From NCBI RefSeq assembly GCF_000485595.1, contig NW_014577084.1, positions 609,275-629,274 on the forward strand: DNA of 20,000 nucleotides, given 5' to 3'. Source of the DNA: Priapulus caudatus. Taxonomy: Eukaryota. Below are positions 13,191 through 20,000 of this stretch, piece after piece (the stretch's first letter is position 1; the number at the start of each line of letters is the position of its first letter). Below the pieces are notes generated by a model. It ran no database searches. It had not been told where the DNA came from and worked only from the letters and a program-made list of their open reading frames with translations. The translations under genes were made by a program, and so were the position numbers.

Positions 13191-14461
13191 TTGTCTAATA
13201 TTAAATGCTATATCTACGCATTTGTGATTCTGGTGTGGGTAGTGTTAGCAGTGTACTTATATTATGCAGTGCGTGCGTACGTGCATGCGTGTGCGCGCGC
13301 GAGCGATTGTGCAAAACACACACTATTTTTAATCTAATTGAAACGCCGACCGGGGAAAATTTCGTACGAGTTATATAGCAGCGAACCGATTCTATATGCC
13401 TTAAGAAACTTTACAAAAAGCAAAGACATCACATTAAAATAAATAAAAAATGTAATGAACGACAAAACATCTCACCACCCTTCAGTGAAATTAATAGTTG
13501 AGATGCTACTACAGCACATTATGTGAAATAGGTGTGATGCGGAGGAAAACTCCATCCTTCCATGCCACTGATGTACACGTAAAAACATGTTACGCACTAT
13601 TTGAAGATATGATATGCCACCCACCGACGGCAGTTTTCCACTCTCCATGTATGTTGTTGTAGGGTACTACCCCGCCTAAAAAAATGTTTCTCATTCACTA
13701 AAGCTAGGCGTTTTAGATGGAGCTGGCCGACCCGGTGCCTTCCTTGGCTTGCTTCCAAAGAAACCCATCGATTTTCCAGTTTCACAGCTCTGGTACAGAT
13801 AAATCAATAGTCATTTGTGGAATCGGTCGTGATGTAAGCACACTTTAGCTGATATTAGTCGCGGTAGGCCCAATGTGTACTGAAATTCTCACGCTATATT
13901 CAGCGGTTAGTTATTATGACCATTAATGACATTAAAGTTGGGAACACTCCTAATGGAGTATCACCCGGCAAGGAACGTGCGTATTCAACATTACCTCGTG
14001 TGTATAGTACCGTGGCGAGATAGTGAATATTTGCATATTCGTCTGCAGATAACATGTACCAAGGGACTGCCGATTATGTGTAGAGTAAAGTACCAACGTA
14101 CGTGGACATGTATTGATTGCGGTACCTGGCATGTATTTAGTCGGCGGAGGCAATCGATACGGCCACGATTTAATTATCTTTAGGCTGAGCGACCCGGTGG
14201 GCGTAGCACTGTGCCACGTGCACGAACAATCGTACGCGTCTTCGCTACTCCGCCATCTGTGGCGTTAGAAAGGGTTTCTACGTTTCGAGAATACAGAAAA
14301 CTGAACAATTATGGGCCGAGTAGTGTTACACGACATATCCAGTTATCAGTTGTAAGTACATTTTGTCCACTTACTTTGCTGACGTACAATATATACTAAT
14401 TGAAAAAAACATACATGATACTACAGTGGTAACAACTAACAAGTAAATTTGAGATAGTGGT

Positions 14462-14467
14462 TTTAAT
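14462..14467 (-). terminator. Candidate distal calmodulin polyadenylation signal ATTAAA
   Basis: ATTAAA on the minus strand with several upstream UGUA motifs (plus-strand taca at ~14481, 14487, 14514) and a downstream GU/U-rich tract (ttgttagttgtt...tgttttttt). It sits at the edge of the U-rich minus-strand zone. Confidence 0.4.
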
Positions 14468-15716
14468 ACCAATAGTTTTGTACAGTTACATGCACGAGCA
14501 GTTGAACCATCTTTACATATCACCAAGCAGTAAACAAACAGGTGTGCTAAAATACCAGTCAACAAAATTCGTAGAACCAGTACAGACCGGCCAACAAAAA
14601 TGTACACGCATCACTTTCCATGCTGCAACAGGTAGGTTACCTGTAAGTAGATCTCATAAACAAACAAGAAACTGTTTTCTGCAGTCACGCAGGTCAGACC
14701 AACCCCATAACCTTCCAGACAGAAACTGCCAGTTTTCCAGAGTATCAGAAACTTGTTTCAACTGCTCAAGGAATGATTTGTAGGTGGCTCTACGGGCAGC
14801 CAACACCTGACATATACTGTATCCCGACAGTGACCGGAAACCACGATCGAACCGGAACCCTTTTATACCCATTAGTGATTCATTGTGCTCGAGATGTTAC
14901 AGCATTCACTTGCTCCCCCAAGTTCTTAATATATACACAAATTTCAAAATGCACAACACTGCTCAAATTTCCAGTATGCACTTACATCTGCAATAGCTGT
15001 GCAATGAGGAAGGGATGAACAATACATATCCAAAGTAAAAAATAAAGTGGGTAGGATGCTTAGCACCGCTGCCGAGAGCTCCAATGAAAGTTGTAGAACT
15101 TGAAGTACTAGATGACACAGCAAAGCAAATATAGAGAAAACGCTGTTGTTTACAATTTCCAAAATATCGGAGGGTCTTCTACATGTGTGGTGCATTACAG
15201 AAATTGAATACAAGGCGAGAAAATAGTTTTGAGAAATGTTTTCAACCTACTAAACCTACCCTATACTTCTTATTTTCATGCCTCGTTTCAACACCTTGCA
15301 ACTCCCGCCTTCTACAAGGAAGGCAACAATACGACCGATATTTACAAATAAATTTTGTCAAAGACAAACTTGTAGTTATTACTCAGTTTCATCAATATAA
15401 TCACTTGGTTACTCCATCAGAACAGACAAGGCAAGTCGAAAGTCAAGACGAATGTTTACATCATTCCAAAAAATGCAGAAATTGACTACGTTATGCATTT
15501 TATGATACAAAAAATTTACAGACTAAAGCAAGACCGCTGTTATTACAAAGACATACAATGTCTGGAAACAACAAGAATGGCCAAAATAACACAGATGAAG
15601 AATCAATAATGCCATTTCACGATAAAGGAAAGGTACTGCATAGAACAAACAAAAATTATGCAGGGGATGAAGAACAATGACAGGAGCAGTTAGGAGCAAA
15701 CAGAAGTCTTGAAATA

Positions 15717-15722
15717 TTTATT
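15717..15722 (-). terminator. Candidate proximal calmodulin polyadenylation signal AATAAA
   Basis: tttatt on the plus strand about 190 nt past the stop. Downstream minus-strand sequence is U/GU-rich (ttctgtttgctcc...ttgttcttc). Confidence 0.5.
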
Positions 15723-15910
15723 AGATGGGTAGGTACAGTAAAAATGGAAAATATATCCAAAGTCAGCGAAGTAGTTGGATGTTGCGTATGACACCACGTC
15801 CTAGATACGTAGTGGAACGTCGCTTACGGCAAATACTCGATCGTTTGTACAAGCCACAAAAACTCCAGTCTCTGGTTGATGTTCACAGTTCACAAACACA
15901 GATGGCGCTT

Positions 15911-19205
<3,295 letters not shown>

Positions 19206-19770
19206 TGTAGATAATTTCAGTGAATGTCTATGGTCTGACCTGCGACTACCGATAAATCCAACGAGCAAGTGGACTACTTTTCAATGGAAAAGGAGTGTCG
19301 CAATCATTCCGCTGCGTTTATTCCGATTGGGTAAACCGTCTTTTGCGCTATCCTGGGTATGTTCTGTTTGTCTGCGTTTGCTGACGTCCCTACATACGAC
19401 GCCCTTTCTGAGAGACGTTTGAGACTTCTGGCGATCCACTGAAATATACGAACTACTTCTTGTGTCGACCGCGCAATAGTGTTGCGCTGGAGTTATTTTC
19501 CGTGGCAAATACCCCGCCAAAGAATTTGAAAGTGGCTCGCTGATTGGCTCGTAAACATCTGCATTGCGGAACTTTCAGCAGGTTGGCCGAACGCGTCGGT
19601 ACCGGCAAAATAATCGTTGTCGCAACTTCGATAGGTTGGTCGCGTAATTTCCTCCATGTATGACGGCGTTTTGTCTCCTATCTATTGCAATGCATAAGAA
19701 TTATATCGTTTGAATCACCAACAAGCTGGTGATAATATGATTATGACCGTTGACGGCGTTAACACTTATG
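19206..19770 (-). promoter_or_regulatory. Calmodulin 5'UTR and proximal promoter (CpG-richer, no obvious TATA)
   Basis: Directly upstream of the ATG exon. CCAAT boxes at 19326-19330 and 19543-19547 (AGCCAATCAGC, NF-Y-like). CRE-like TGACGTC at 19382-19388. TGACGGCGTT occurs at 19661 and 19751. Confidence 0.55.
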
Positions 19771-19886
19771 TTGCGGAGGGAAGAGTCTATATACTATTAC
19801 TAGGCCTATAGTATAGAGTGGAAATTGTACAAACAAAAGTATACACCGCGGTTATAGTGCGCAGTTACCGCGGCTGACAACATTGT

Positions 19887-19997
19887 ATATATATTATATA
19901 TATATATATGTGTGTGTGTGCGCGTGTGTGTGTGTGCATGCGTGTGTGTGTGCACGTGCGTGTGTGCATGCAAGCCTGCGTATGTGTGTGCATATAT
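19887..19997. repeat. (AT)n/(GT)n compound microsatellite
   Basis: Directly visible. Confidence 0.9.
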
Positions 19998-20000
19998 CTA

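Noticed and set aside
13692..13769. Minus-strand small ORF MGFFGSKPRKAPGRPAPSKTPSFSE* with a myristoylation-like start; also considered as an STPG4-like gene between TTC7 and calmodulin
   Set aside because: Only 25 codons, no recognisable homology and no supporting exon structure.

Overview
Eukaryotic (invertebrate animal) genomic DNA with two small N gaps. The right third holds a complete six-exon calmodulin gene on the minus strand (CDS 15911-19205, 149 aa, invertebrate-type residues, all five introns at the vertebrate positions). Facing it on the plus strand is a terminal coding exon (12261-12393) that the ORF track misses. It matches the C-terminus of TTC7, the TPR scaffold of the PI4KA complex, so the window reproduces the convergent TTC7-calmodulin pairing of human TTC7A/CALM2 and TTC7B/CALM1. 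The first ~12 kb looks like one long, microsatellite-rich TTC7 intron. It contains a hAT-type MITE with a perfect 8-bp TSD, a 14-bp minisatellite, and two 37-43 bp palindromes with 7-bp TSDs that resemble P-superfamily excision footprints. Several local duplications look like assembly artefacts. Nearly all ORFs in the supplied track are spurious. I found no clear new multi-gene system. The best leads are the conserved microsynteny, the footprint-like palindromes and a possibly structured long calmodulin 3'UTR.
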